In this document: positions 12,291-25,648 of the stretch, in pieces
Layout of the letters: each line of letters starts with the position of its first letter
Position numbering within the stretch: position 1 is the stretch's first letter
Assembly: GCF_001194135.2 (NCBI RefSeq)
Contig: NC_068984.1
Span: forward strand, 61,510,863-61,574,862
Direction of reading: 5' to 3'
DNA: 64,000 nucleotides
Source of the DNA: Octopus bimaculoides
Lineage: Eukaryota
The notes under the pieces: model-generated
The model's database searches: none
Seen by the model: only the letters and a program-made list of their open reading frames with translations
What the model was told of the DNA's origin: nothing
Made by a program: the position numbers and the translations under genes

Positions 12291-12735
12291 GTTTGCCAAA
12301 GCCAAGGCGTAGTATGAGTACAAACCACAGAGAGTAGCGGAGTCGGAGACAAACAAAATCCTCTGTGATTTCTTATTCGAAATAGATCAAGTGCTAGAGC
12401 ATAACAGACCGGACCTCGTAGTGGTAGACAAGGTGCACCTCATGTGCTATATAGTTGATGTTGCATGCCCTTTTGACCCACGAATAGTCAAGAAGGAAGG
12501 CGAAAAGATAGATAAATACAACCCTCTTAAATATGAAATATCCCGACTATGGAAAATGAAGGTGAAGATAGTGACTCTTATTGCTGGATCCTTGAGAAAA
12601 GTATCAGAAACATCAAGAGGAATAGAAAGGAAATTAGAACAGAGTGCTCAGTAGAACTGTTACCAATATTTGCCTTCTTGGTACGACCAGATACTTTCCG
12701 TCATACCCAGCAAAATAAGATGTGAGTTTTCATCA
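12291..12735 (+). mobile_element. R4/Dong-like non-LTR retrotransposon 3' fragment (restriction-like endonuclease domain)
   Basis: FAKAKA*YEYKPQRVAESETNKILCDF...LEHNRPDLVVVDK...YIVDVACPFDPRIVKKEGEKIDKY...LKYEISRLW...LLGTTR. This carries the PD-(D/E)xK RLE signature (RPD, IVD, EK-x-x-KY) and the LLGT terminus of the R4 clade. Confidence 0.85.
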
Positions 12736-12853
<118 letters not shown>

Positions 12854-13776
12854 TAAGAAGTATTAATAACAATAGTAATTTTGAAAATAATAATGAGAAT
12901 TACAAAAACCAGATTATAATTGGCGCAAGTACATTGTTCTAGAGTATGTCTCTGTGTGCCCTCGTTTTAGAACAGATATCACCGTCACACTCTCAGTTTA
13001 ACTTTCTAAATGCTATATTATTTCAATAATTATCCAGAGTAAACTTGAGAGATGCTCCCGAAAACTTTACTTGTTAACTTCAAGTGATAATTTGATTGAT
13101 GTGGATAACCTAGAGATTCGTTGTAGATTTTATTCAAGTTCAATAAGACAGAAATTGAGTTTGTTTAATCTTTGCTGCTATGATTTTTCATTAGTGTATT
13201 CGCCTTTCAACGAGCTAGCCAGCCTTTCATATTTGTCTTTAGAATCAGCTGCAATTGTTAAAATCTATATTTTAAACGAGGTAATCAATACACTTCTTTT
13301 TCACTGAATTATATATATCTACTTCCCACTGGCTAACTAACAGCATTCAGGGATATTCAATAGCTCATAATGGAAATATTTATACATGTTCATCATTGTC
13401 AGATGTTTCTTTTTATTCTTAAAATTACGGCTTATTTTCCTCCAAATTTTAAAGATTTTTATGTATATTGCAAGCTATCTATTCCAAGTAGTATGACTGA
13501 AAAAGATTCTAGATAATTTTAACATTAATATATTCAGGAATTTTGTCCTCTTATTTGAAATATTTCGTTTGGCTTTAAGTCAGATTGATTAATGATTATT
13601 TAAAAAGAAATCAAAAATACATACATAATTTTATGTGTTTTTCAGACGCTGATTGGAAATTATGATTATTTCAGTAAGGTTAAAGAATTTTAAATAGCTT
13701 TTGAATAGATAAGATTTTAAAAATAATGTTATTGTCAGTGTGCTACATTGAGTTGCTTTTGACATTATCTTGTATC

Positions 13777-13965
13777 TTTTACTTGTTCTAGTCATTGGAC
13801 TGCAGTGAGGCTGCGGCACCGTACTGAATGGTGCGGCCCAACAAATTTACCCCAATACTAATATTTTCAAGTCTGGTATTTATTTTATCGGTATATTTTG
13901 CCGAACAACTAGATTACGGTGACGTAGAGAAACCAGCACTGGTCATCAAGCTGTTGTAGGCACAC

Positions 13966-14029
<64 letters not shown>

Positions 14030-14045
14030 TACGTATGCATGTATA

Positions 14046-14093
<48 letters not shown>

Positions 14094-14216
14094 ATATATG
14101 CGATGTGCTTCTGTCAGTTTCCATGCACCAAATGCACACAGGAGGAATTGGCTGGCCCGAGCAAGAGTAAAAGACACTAGATTAAGCTTCTTAACCACAC
14201 CACTTCGGCTGCGCTT
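13777..14216 (-). mobile_element. SINE family B, degenerate, with internal (CA)n(TA)n
   Basis: Tail GTCATTGGACTGCAG, central CTTCTGTCAGTTTCCATGCACCAAAT and head AAGCTTCTTAACCACAC...GCTGCGCTT seen on the plus strand. Confidence 0.75.
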
Positions 14217-14840
14217 ATATAGCTACACTTGTAGGTGCAGCCGTGTTTATATAAATACGGCTGGGCCTAATTAATTTCCTAAAAGATAATTTCTTTTTCT
14301 GTTTAAAGATTTTGTTTACTGTCAAAAAATAGTTTCTGGTCACATTACTCGTTCATGGGATCTACCCAGTACTATTTGGAAAGGAATTCAATAACTTTTT
14401 CTTGTGTCATCTCTTCCTGAGTTGATTGTTGTGTCCATCACCTTCCCTCACAAAACTAAAAACTATAATTAATCTTTATTTTAGCTTGAATATTCATACA
14501 TATGACAGATACTACTCCTCTATCAAATATTTGGGAACTAAACTTGCTCTTTAGATTATTAATAGTTTATTATATAGAATAGGAAAAAGACCAGATACAT
14601 GGTTAGACGGAGTGTAGTTGATTAAAATCATCCGTCATAAATAGAAATAAATTTCTTTCAACTCAAACATTTGAAAATGAGATATGACTCAGTGAGATTC
14701 AACACATTCCTTATAATTGTATTTAGTATTCCTCAAGAAGCATATTCTCATGGAACTTACAGAACAGCAATTAGTTTGATAAAGTTGTCTTTATATACTT
14801 ATCATTGTTTTAATGAAGTAATATATCAGAGTGTGTATAA

Positions 14841-15054
14841 GGCGGTGAGCTGGCAGTATAGTTAGCACATCGGCTGAAATGATTAGCGGCATTTCCTACG
14901 CTTTTACATTATGAATTCAAATTCAACCTATGTCGACTTTGCCTTTCATCCTTTCGGATTCAATAAGATAAGTACTAATTGAGCACTGGTGTCGATTGCA
15001 TCGACTTAGCCTTTTCGGTGAGCTTGCTGTCCTTGTGATAAAATTTGAAATCAA
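14841..15054 (+). mobile_element. SINE family A (~210 bp)
   Basis: GGCGGTGAGCTGGCAG...TTAGCGGCATTTC...TTCAAATTC...GTCGACTTTGCCTTTCATCCTTTCGG...GTCGATTGCATCGAC...AAAATTTGAAATCA; many homologues in the window. Confidence 0.9.
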
Positions 15055-16828
15055 TATATCACATTGAGTTATTTTTAGGAAGAACAATGGGTTGGATAAT
15101 CAGTAGAATGATGGAGAAAAACCTTCCACTTTTGTGATAAATACCTCTATTTTATGCACTCAAGCCTCTCTTTCTGATTACGATAAATAAGTATAAGTCA
15201 GGTACTGAAGTCGATTTAATCAAAATATAGTGTCCAGAAGAAGTGGACCTGTGGGTGTTACAAATCAATATATTATTTTATAAATACCTTTACTTCTATA
15301 CTTGCGCTAAAGTAAAGAAAGTTCTGTGACTTACGAATTGAAATTCCCCCCCACCAATGTTTTGATAGGTTGATCATATTTGATTTATTACCTTTGGTAT
15401 TTCCTTTCGGATTTTAAACAGTGCTATAGGAAGTCTTGGTTTATTAAATGTATAAAAAATTCATAGTTATTTGAAGTTTTTGAATACTTCTATATTATAT
15501 ATGCAAGATAATAACATTCGTTTATTTAATATGCTGAACGATCCCTCAGTTATTTCCATCATGACTAATATTAATGTATTATTAATGAATTAGAGGAAGT
15601 GATGGCAGATAATTTCACATCAGGGCCTTCGTGGAAACGGGAGATTGATAGATTTCCTATAAACCTGAAGCTTTTGTAGAGCGATACAAGATATCAAAGG
15701 AGAATTTATAATGTCTCTTAACCTGCTACTAATAGATGATATATTGTTTTGAAATATCACCCAGTCCTAGGAAGTAGACTATATACTAGGTTGAATAACT
15801 CTGGCTACAATATGCCAGAAAGATGTGATGGTTAAATACGGCAGCTCAATAAAATGATTAAATTCGACATTCTCAGTTCAATTCTACTCTTAACAAAATA
15901 TTGAATCAGACATGACAAGAAAGAACTTTTTAAATTGTTAAAAGTAATGATTTGTTTTTTTAACATAATGTACAAATTCAATTAAGCAGACTACAATATT
16001 TGCCTAATCTTCTAAAGACATCCTGCTATACATAGCCGTAAATATAGAAATGGTTGTATTGTAACTGTATGCTTTTCACGCCAGAAGATCAACACAACAT
16101 TCAGTAAAATATATATTTCTTATATACACATATATATTTCTTATATACACATTTCATCTTCTTCATGCACCAGGATATAATAGTCATGTGGAAAACAATC
16201 CGCCAACTCTTGTATATGCTTACACAACTCCTTTACAAACTTTGCAAAAAGCTCAGTGTGAAACTATTCAGTATGAAGCAAGAACAAGAATCACATATTT
16301 CAAAAATCTTACAAACATCTACATAGGCAGTGACATATATATATTCAATAAATGAGTGCTGAGTACATCAAAATATATATATTCCACTAGAAAACATAAA
16401 ATTTATTTAAACTTAATAACATAATAGAAGCAGCCAACATGATGTAGGCAGACACAATAAACAAACAATCCAAAGAAAAAAACAAATGAGAAATAATGAA
16501 AGTAGACTAAAGAAAATCATATACCCAGTAAAATATGAATGTAACACAAACAAAAAGAGCAAAGTATTAACAGCAACATCAACAAAAAATACTACATCAT
16601 ATACCTCGATAGGATGCTTAACATTAGGGATGAGATTTCCCAATGGTATATAGTGACAATTCCTTACATTTATAGAGACTTTGAGGATTTAAGTGTGCAT
16701 AGGGATATATTATTTAAATAATATGTAAAATTATTTTCGATTGGTTCTGTTCAAATATGTTGAATTGTCAATTACTAAGTAGACTGTGTCTACTCATTCT
16801 AGTAGTTAATAAATACACATCCTGTGAA

Positions 16829-17034
16829 GGCGGTGAGTTGGCAGAATCGTTAGCAACGTCGGACAAATTGGTTAGTGGCATTTCGTCCGTCTTTACGCTT
16901 GAGCTCAAATTTTGCCGTGATCGAATTTGCATTTCGGGATGGATAAAATAAATACTAGTTAAGCACTGGGGTCGATGTAATCGACTCACATTCCTACCCT
17001 GGCAATACTTGCCTTGAGCCGAAAGTTGAAATAC
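16829..17034 (+). mobile_element. SINE family A, first of a tandem pair
   Basis: Same head, body and tail motifs as 14841-15054. Confidence 0.9.
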
Positions 17035-17036
17035 AA

Positions 17037-17240
17037 GGCGGCGAGCAGGCAGAATCGTTACGTTGTGGGAGAAAAAGCATAGCGGTATTTCGTCCATCTT
17101 TATGTTCTGAGTTCAAATGTAGCCGGGTTCGATTTTACCTTCGGGGTCAATAAAATAAGTACCAGTTGAGCTCTCGGGTCGGTGGAATCGACTTACCCCT
17201 TCCTCCGAATTTGCAGGCCTTGTGCCAAAATTTAAAACCA
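17037..17240 (+). mobile_element. SINE family A, second of a tandem pair
   Basis: Starts 2 bp after the previous copy; same motifs. Confidence 0.9.
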
Positions 17241-20200
17241 ATGTATTATATTTGCGGTAAAAGTTGCATTTGAAGCACACATGCAGAAAGCTTAGTAAGA
17301 GATGGTGGTATCGCCTGCGAAAAGTTATGGTGATGAAACATATGGGCATATAGATTATAAATTGATAAAATCCTTTCCGACTTTTGGGTTGGACAGGATT
17401 CGATTAGCTGCTTTACGAAAATTAGTAAAAGCAGGCTCAATAAGGCTCATTAACTGGTGTTAGATTATTTTAAAGCCAGATTCGGTCATAAATGAACTGC
17501 ACTGCATAATACTAAACTTTTTACGGATGATATTCAACATAGGACCTTGGATCATAGTGATACGAAGTAAGGTTGGCTTTAGTAAATCGGTGCTTGAGCG
17601 TTAAATGTAGGAGATAGAAAGTGTTTGGAAAGTATTGGTCTTCATGTTGTATGAACCTAAAACAAGGCGGCCAGGAAATTTAGTTACGTTACCAACAGGA
17701 GAATTACTTAAAAACTCAGTTTAGTTTAGACGTGATATGAAGGAGAATTTTCCTTCGTTTTTGAATCTGTGAAGAAATTTAGCGTAACCCCTTAATTTAA
17801 ATTGTACGTAAGTTACATTGTTAATAATATTTAGTTTATCCATTCGTGAAGTTTTACTCTCAACTTGAAATCAATTTAGTGTAATGTAACGTAATTACGC
17901 AGAAAAAATAGTTTTACTTACGCAAAAATCCTTACAAAATTGTTTTGAAGAAATAAACATTTAAATCATTTTCACAGGAATTTCTTTTTACAATACAGAA
18001 AAGTTGGACTAAACTGAATAGCAAATACAAATATTTAATCATCGTATTTTAATTAAAACTGTACACATTGTCTTAATTAGATAATGAATTTAATATATAT
18101 GAACGTAAGAAAAATGATAGCTATCTAGGTGATAAATCTTGCAGCTATATTGGACGGATCAAATGTTAGGTATAAAATTATTCAAGGAAGAATTTTAATT
18201 TTTAAATACAATCTAGCTGAATAGGAAAATAATTCAAAAAAGAACAGCTTAGTTTTTATTTTTCCAATTAAGCATTAACAATATAAAACTTTCAGGTCTA
18301 ACACTTTAACATGCAGATTACTCTACCAAATGTTTATTTATTCGCATTGTTTTGAATCAATCATGCATTACCGCATAAGTTTGAGATTTCATTTGTAAGT
18401 TTGCTTATATTTTTCAATGACATTACAGGGTTGGTGTGAGAGGCTGGGTTTGGTCAATTTTAAAACGTAAAACGAGTTGAATAGTTTGGCCGGATTAAAT
18501 GCTAAATAGTTAATGCATTGGAATGTTTTGTTCTGTAAGTTCCAAAAGATTGTGACTTCGTTCAATAATATATGCACGGAGATTTTTAATCGATGCACTA
18601 AGTTACAGATTTTATGCGTGCGTTGCAGTCCATTAATATAATTCCACAATACTAATGATGCTTGTTTTACTAACCCCCGAGGAACAAAATTCAATAATCA
18701 CATACAGAGTTATAAACCTGAAAGTATGAAAAGATGTTACTTAGGTGTATTCTTCGTTTCGTCATGCTCTCTATCGATTCTACCATAAATATAAATACAA
18801 ACTGAAAGTGCACTAAATTCTTGATACAAGACATGAAATATAAAAGAGAAGCGTCTCTTCCTTGAAGTAAACAAAAATACCAACAGTAGTTTAGTTAATA
18901 AACATGTTGCATTAGTTTTACAATAGTTTAAAAAATTATCGAATATTAATTTTTGTTACCTTCGAATATTTTGTTTCTTTCTTTCTAAACTAACATCTAA
19001 ACAAATTTACGATTAATTTGAAATCCTGTAGTTATTAGTAAGTACTTGATGTTGCACTGGAGACGACATCTCATTGTATTTTAAGAACAATCAGTTTAGT
19101 AGCTCTCCAACATTTTTCAGTCATTATTCAACATCAGTAAATTGCATTTATGAGTGTTAAATAATTTTAACGTGAATTTAATCCGTAAGGTAGCGTTGCC
19201 TCATTATAAAACTATAGCGTTCGAAATGTTAGCCTCTGAAACTAACTGTGCAAATTGGATTCATCTGTATATGTATGCATTTGTTTTGTCACAAAATCCG
19301 TTGCACTCCGGAGAATCCGGAATGCAACAGTTACAACCTAGATTACTAAATTTTGTTATTTATTTATCAGTAACGATCAAAGTTAAAAACGATATCACTA
19401 CATGCATAGACGGAACTGTATGCTGTAAGTTCTGTGGCTACCATTTTAAAACATTTGCTGACGCACCACTACCTATTTAGAATTAACAAATACGAACGAT
19501 ATTTAAAATTATTTAAGTAATATAAATTTTTTTTTAAATGTTATTTGAATGTTAATAAATTATTCTAAAATGAATTCATATTCACTTTAGCGTTTCGGAA
19601 GGAAATTATAGAACAAAATGGAAAACAATTTATTATTTCCATTTAGGATAATTATCAATGCCCCTAATGGGTTTCTTGCGGATTATATATCATATTTAGT
19701 CGACTAAAAGCCTTTGTGAACAAATAATATCATAGAATTGAAAAGTCACTAAACGATTTTCTGCGAACAAAGCAAGTTTAAATCGTTTTGCAGGAAATGT
19801 ATGTATGTTTATTTTGATTTCAATGATTTTATACAATCTATAATTCCATTCAGTATGCAGTGCTGAATTTCCATTTAAATGCGAACGTTTGTTTTGTTTG
19901 AATATATTATTAGGTATTAATCAGCTACGTATCATCTTAAACAACTATTTGTTTTTTTCATTTATAAATCTAAAAATTTAGAATTTAAGAATTAAAATCC
20001 ATTTGTTAAATACTTCGACAATTGCGTGACAAAATCTTAAATTCAAAGGAAAATGCATATAACACGAAATCTATGTGTCGAGAAATATAACTTTCGAGTT
20101 AATAGGATACATCTGAAAGCATAAGTGTCAGTTTTTGTGTACTGACGCAAAATTCGTGCTTATGTATTGAATATACTTAAAACTTTCTCAAAGCTCGTAA

Positions 20201-20403
20201 TTTAAAGATATCCGTTCTCAAGTCAGCTCTGCTTCCAGCATTATTTTGTATTAGGATGCGTTATATTTATTTCTTATTTTCTAGTTGCTGTGTATGGTGG
20301 ACAGAATATTATCTTATAACTTATAATATGGATTTGCAACATATCTTTGTGGGAATCCAATTTGTGTTATGAATAAGTACACTGGAAGTAATAGTTTATT
20401 ATA

Positions 20404-20407
<4 letters not shown>

Positions 20408-20497
<90 letters not shown>
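20408..20497. repeat. perfect (GA)n microsatellite
   Basis: Directly visible. Confidence 0.97.
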
Positions 20498-20501
<4 letters not shown>

Positions 20502-21310
20502 TGAATACGCAATTCAAGACTCAATAGTAGATGATAATAAATATTAATAAACATCGGGCAGTAATCTCTTGCAAATTGATATTATGTTCTTTAGAAAATA
20601 AGTACACTGCAAGTACCTTAAAATATAAACTCGAAATTTGAGTATATGTGCTTACGAAATACGTTATGATTGCAGAAAATATAGTGCTGAAGTCTTTCTG
20701 AATTAGGAATTTGACTTGAAACATGTTATTTTATTTATCCTCATGTGAACAATAAAATAACTGAAATAAATATGATTGAAGTTTACAAAATTCAAATTAT
20801 AAACCATACTTCAGAGCATCACCACAAAGATAATCTGGTTTTCGTTATCATTGTTTTCATATTAATTATTAAATAAAAAAACGAGTGATATATTGTTTTC
20901 TTAGCGCAGGGCTAATTTTCGTTCGAGAGGTAGATGTATAAGGAATTGAATAACGCTGAGTACATTAGTGATATCCATCAACCTAAGAGGATGAATTGCA
21001 GAGTATTGGACCCCAAAATTAGTTGAAAATATAACGCAGAGGGATAAAGCTATTGGGAATGACATACTTTCGTTCACACTTCCCCGTTTATTTACGCTTG
21101 ATAACCGGTAACCAAATAAAAACAAGAAGAGCAACAAGTTGTCGTTATGCTGCGTGTTAACATTAATTTCCAATTTATATAATCCGATGACCTAATTTTC
21201 AGAGACAGATTATTCTTGATAGTATACTTTACTTCTAATTATATAGTATTATAATGAAGATACTTTAGAAGAGTACCATGTAAAGTCAATATTTTTGGTG
21301 TAATATTGAG

Positions 21311-21496
21311 TTCAAATTTTGAAAAAAAGCCAGAAATTTTAGGGGCGGAGGCAAGTCGATTACATTGACCCCAGTGTTCAGCTGCTACTTATCGTATCGA
21401 CCCCGAAAGGACAAAAGGTAAAATCGTCCTCAGTGGAATTTGAAATCAGAACGTAATGACGCATGAAATGCCGCTAAGCATTTTTCCTCGGCACTC
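21311..21496 (-). mobile_element. SINE family A
   Basis: Plus strand AAGTCGATTACATTGACCCCAGTG...CGACCCCGAAAGG...GGAATTTGAAATCAGAACGT...GAAATGCCGCTAAGCATTT is the reverse complement of the family A body. Confidence 0.85.
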
Positions 21497-21528
21497 ATTT
21501 CGTTATTGCAATATTAATATTCATGGCA

Positions 21529-21741
21529 AGACGGCGGGGTGGCAGAATTGTCAGTACGCCGGGCAAAACGCTTAGCAGCATTTCACCTGTCTTTACGTGC
21601 TGAGTTCAAATATCACCCAGGTCGACTTCACCTTTCAACCTTTCGGGGTCGATGAAATAAGTGCCACTTGAACACTGGAGTCCATGTAACCGACTTACCC
21701 CTTCCCGAAATTGCTAACCTTTTTTCCAAACTTTGAAACCA
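21529..21741 (+). mobile_element. SINE family A
   Basis: AGACGGCGGGGTGGCAGAATTGTCAGTACGCCGGGCAAAACGCTTAGC...CTTTCGGGGTCGATGAAATAAGT...TTTGAAACCA. Confidence 0.9.
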
Positions 21742-24700
21742 ATATTAGAATTTATTATGTGAATAGTTGAACAAAACGCCAACTCAATTTCACTTGCAGT
21801 CCTTATAATTCTCAGGCTTATTTCTTTCGAATATCTCAGTAGTCATGTCAACTGTCAAGCAAGCAAGTACATGATATCGACATGAAAGGTAGTAAAGTCT
21901 AGGGAAACGGAATGCATTAGAGAAGTTGTACGTAACGAATTCTTCAGAGAAATGATTCTACAATATACTTCCTATATACCCATAAAAATTAATTATTTTT
22001 AGACCGCTTATGTCTTTGGCGTATGTGTAACTTAGAAAAGCTCGCACGTATTTGGTTGAGGTATAGTTCATCAGCATATGATATACTGATATACTCGCTT
22101 CTGTCTTTGATTTTTAACCTTTTAGGCATTCAATTTTGTGTTTCGGCTTTATATTCATAGAACTTTTCAGTATAACAAGAATTGGCGTCTAATATCTTTT
22201 AGAGACTCACAATATAATCGTTTCCTGGTCATTCTAGTTTATGTCTATATTAAATTATAGTGCATCTTTTCTAGGATTCATATTTTCCAACGCCTATTCA
22301 ACAATTGGCCACACATTATATCATGACTTTCCCATAAAACCTTGGAGTGAATGCATTCCATCAATAAAATACTCCCTGAAAGTGAAAGTCTGCTGACAAT
22401 TTTGTAAGCACAGATTTGAATTCTTCCAAGTCTGTATAGGTATCTATTTAACACGCTGTATTATAATACATATATGAATGTATGCGCACGCACGCGCGCA
22501 CACACACATACACATATACGTGTGTGTACTTGCGTGCATGTATGTTGGTATATGTGTGCGGGTATGTATGTTCTCTGATAAATATTTTACCACATACACC
22601 TAATATTATAAAGTCTGTCAGCATCCTAATGTATTTACAGACTATATATTGTATTCAAAAAATCACAAATCGCTCGGTATATGATAGATACATAAAGAAC
22701 TTCTGTGATCTTTCAATATTCCTCTATTGTTATCTTTTAGGGATGATATATTTTGTAAAGTGTTTTCGGAATAATTCATAAATATATAAATATGAGATGT
22801 GAAAAAATATGGAAGCGTATATGATTTGAAACGGTCATTAAAAAAAAAAAATATCGTATAGTCCAATTCTCTGCATAGATTTCTTTTGTTATACGTTATA
22901 CGTCTTCAGATTAATATTTTTGCAATTTTGAATATTACATTTTTATAATTTAGTATTGATTTCTTACATTGGCAAGACAAAGGCATACTCATAACACAAA
23001 CATATTTAGAAGTCATAAATAAACACAAAGCCTCTGATTATTTTAGCGCTTTTAGATGCCACTTTTTAATATATTACCTCTGTTCTGAATTCTTCTGTGT
23101 TTGCTACCACACAATTCATTACTTGTTTCCATTTTATACAAAATATAAGACTTTAGATGAGAGGTTTAGTTATGTGAAAGAATATGAACAACTTACTTCA
23201 TAAAAACTTCACACAAGAATGTAAGCAATGTAGATTATTCCAACTTTTCGTTCCTGTTATTGCTGTCATGTTCCGTTTTCGTCCTATATGATATACAAAA
23301 TGCATTGGAAATTTTTCAAACTTCGGCTTTTACTTGCAAAAAGAATTGCCTGTTAATTGCATTATGTAATTATTTCTGCGTCAGATATTTTACAACAAAT
23401 AACCATTGAAAACAACAATTTGACAGCACCACATATTGAATCCTTGCCAATTTGATATCCTGTGGTGGTCACAAATATTAGACATGTAACTTGCGTATAC
23501 ATACATGCATACATACATACATAAACAACATTTCATTTGGCTTACATGGATCACACACCAACTATATTTCTGTTGGCAAGAGTCGAACGTATCTGCGTTC
23601 GATCTCCTTACCCTATCTACATGTCAAAACATATCTTTATATTCATATCTCTAGAGAAAAAAAAGCACTCTTCCAAATTGTGAACTGCATCGGCATAAAT
23701 ATGGGATTCTGATGAATGGCAGGCAGATGATATATATTTTAACGGTTTTGAGTGATTAGATATTGTAAGTTCTGACTTTGTAAGCTGTGACCACATCTTG
23801 ATCGGATTTCGATGAAAAATATAAAAGTGGATTTAGTTTGCTCCACAATATGTTCAGACCAAATATTCAAGTGTGTGTTAATATAACAACTCACTATCTA
23901 TTTTCTGTGATGATATAGTAATGTTTTTATATTTTTTATGCGAAAGAAATATGAAACAAATAAGTGTAATATAACTTTCATTGTTTTCATTGGATATCAG
24001 AAGGGTATTATTGCCATCGAAGTCAAAACATGAATCTATTCAAAAATAATTATAATCAATACGAGTAGTATTAATGACAAAAGCAAACGTTATATCCAAA
24101 GTTACATGGATGTATTCTTAGAGCTCCAAGTTTTCTGCTATTTATCCTGAGAGATTCTCTCATATGGACATATAGCACATAAAAGCATACATATTTATAT
24201 TGCTAAGAGCTTCTTGTCTACCAGCGATATAATATGCTTAGTTTTATACCACCATACGTCCATATAAGAGGTCCTCTCAAGGTAAATGACGCAGGTTTCG
24301 GTGCTTTAAAAGCATGTCCAAGTTCAATGTGAGTCCATTAGTTTACAAATAACTTTCAACTAGATCGGTCATCACTTCTCCATAACAACAGCGAAAACTC
24401 TTTCAAATATACATCCCTCATTAAAAAAAAAAAAACCAAATGTTCTGCCTGCAAAATATAGTATGTCTATTCAATTAAAATGCGTGGATCTAAATTATAA
24501 CAACAGTGCAGTGTCACAATATCATATAGATTTAAGTGTCACAATAAAGAGTATGAAAAAGGTGAATCTCACACTTAACCTATCAATAAAAATAGAATCG
24601 ATGTAGCTGATAGAAAGCATTCAATCTTTAGTTCAACTTCCTTGCTCAAATAATACCTTCTGATAACTACGTCGGCCGTTTATGAATGGTAGATTTGTCT

Positions 24701-24753
24701 TTGCCATTCTTTGAAGGTCACGTGATGTACCCTCTTCTGCCAACGCCACAATA

Positions 24754-25648
24754 CAGCGTGTTCGGTTTGAATTTGACAGTTTGCATAAAAGGAAAAAAAA
24801 TACAATATTCCATAAAAAATGCATTTAAAGAAAAATAAACTGAACTCAATTATAGCTGAGATCTAACAGTTTACTCAAAGTAGCCTGTCCCACCTTCCAC
24901 CATTACCTTAAGACGGCTGCGGAACCTGGCGCATGTGTTCTTCACTCTGTTCCTCCGAAGATCTTTCCTCATCTCCCTGATCCATGGCCTTCAGCTTGGT
25001 CCTCGTGTTGAAGGCAGAGCGGTTGGTGTAATTCTCACCCCCCCCCCCACATATAGCAATCCATGGGAATACAATCGTGGTAATTAGTAGGTCAGAATGT
25101 GGGCCTGGTGAAATCGTAGAATTTCTCTGACAACCACTTCTGACTTCTTCTGGACGTATGAGAAGGAGCCTAATCCTGCTACCACACGTATAGTCCTCCA
25201 GCTACAACCCTCTTTAGCCAGGATTTGACCACAGTCTCCAGCAGCTTTATATAGCAGTCTGAGCTTAATCCAAGTCCACGTTCAAAGATGTGGGGATGAA
25301 TTACGCCATGCAAAGGCTGCCTGAACGCCTGTTGTTTTCCTTCCTGTTGGCCACGGCTTTCTAGTCGCCACTACAGCTGCCTATGTCACGTTTTACAGCC
25401 TTTACTGTGTTCACAAAATACTGAGCAGCAGTCATGGTGTTGGCATTTTGATACCCGGTACAAATCATCATGAAACAAGTAATTATTTTTCAATATTCAG
25501 ATAGCTTCCAGTTCTCGAAGTCAACTAATTTTCTCTCAACTACAAATTTAAAATTTATATTTTCCAACGCCGTTGATTGTTTGCCAACACATTAAGTCTT
25601 CCTGAAAAGGGGAGAAAAAAATTCATCAAATTTAGTCCGAACACCATG
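24754..25648 (-). mobile_element. internally deleted IS630-Tc1-mariner element, maT/DD37D-like, with TIRs
   Basis: TA at 24752-53 and 25649-50; TIRs CAGCGTGTTCGGTTTGAATTTGA and CATGGTGTTCGGACTAAATTTGA. Minus frames: PHIFERGL...YIKLLETVVKSWLKRVVAGGLYVW*QD*APSHTSRRSQKWLSEKFYDF...HDCIPMDCYMWG and ACARFRSRLKVMVEGG. Subfamily assignment rests on the (P)DCNPMDYYVWG-like motif, from memory. Confidence 0.85.

Noticed and set aside
14692-14714. TGAGATTCAAC resembling the start of miR-1175-3p
   Set aside because: Only 11 nt match and no pairing arm.
16413-16643. Hydrophobic 76-aa minus ORF resembling a membrane protein
   Set aside because: Starts at TTG and simply reflects a T-rich strand; no motif or splice support.
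23387-23452. LRR-like peptide ILQQITIENNNLT after an acceptor-like site
   Set aside because: In-frame stop soon after, no donor and no neighbouring LRRs.
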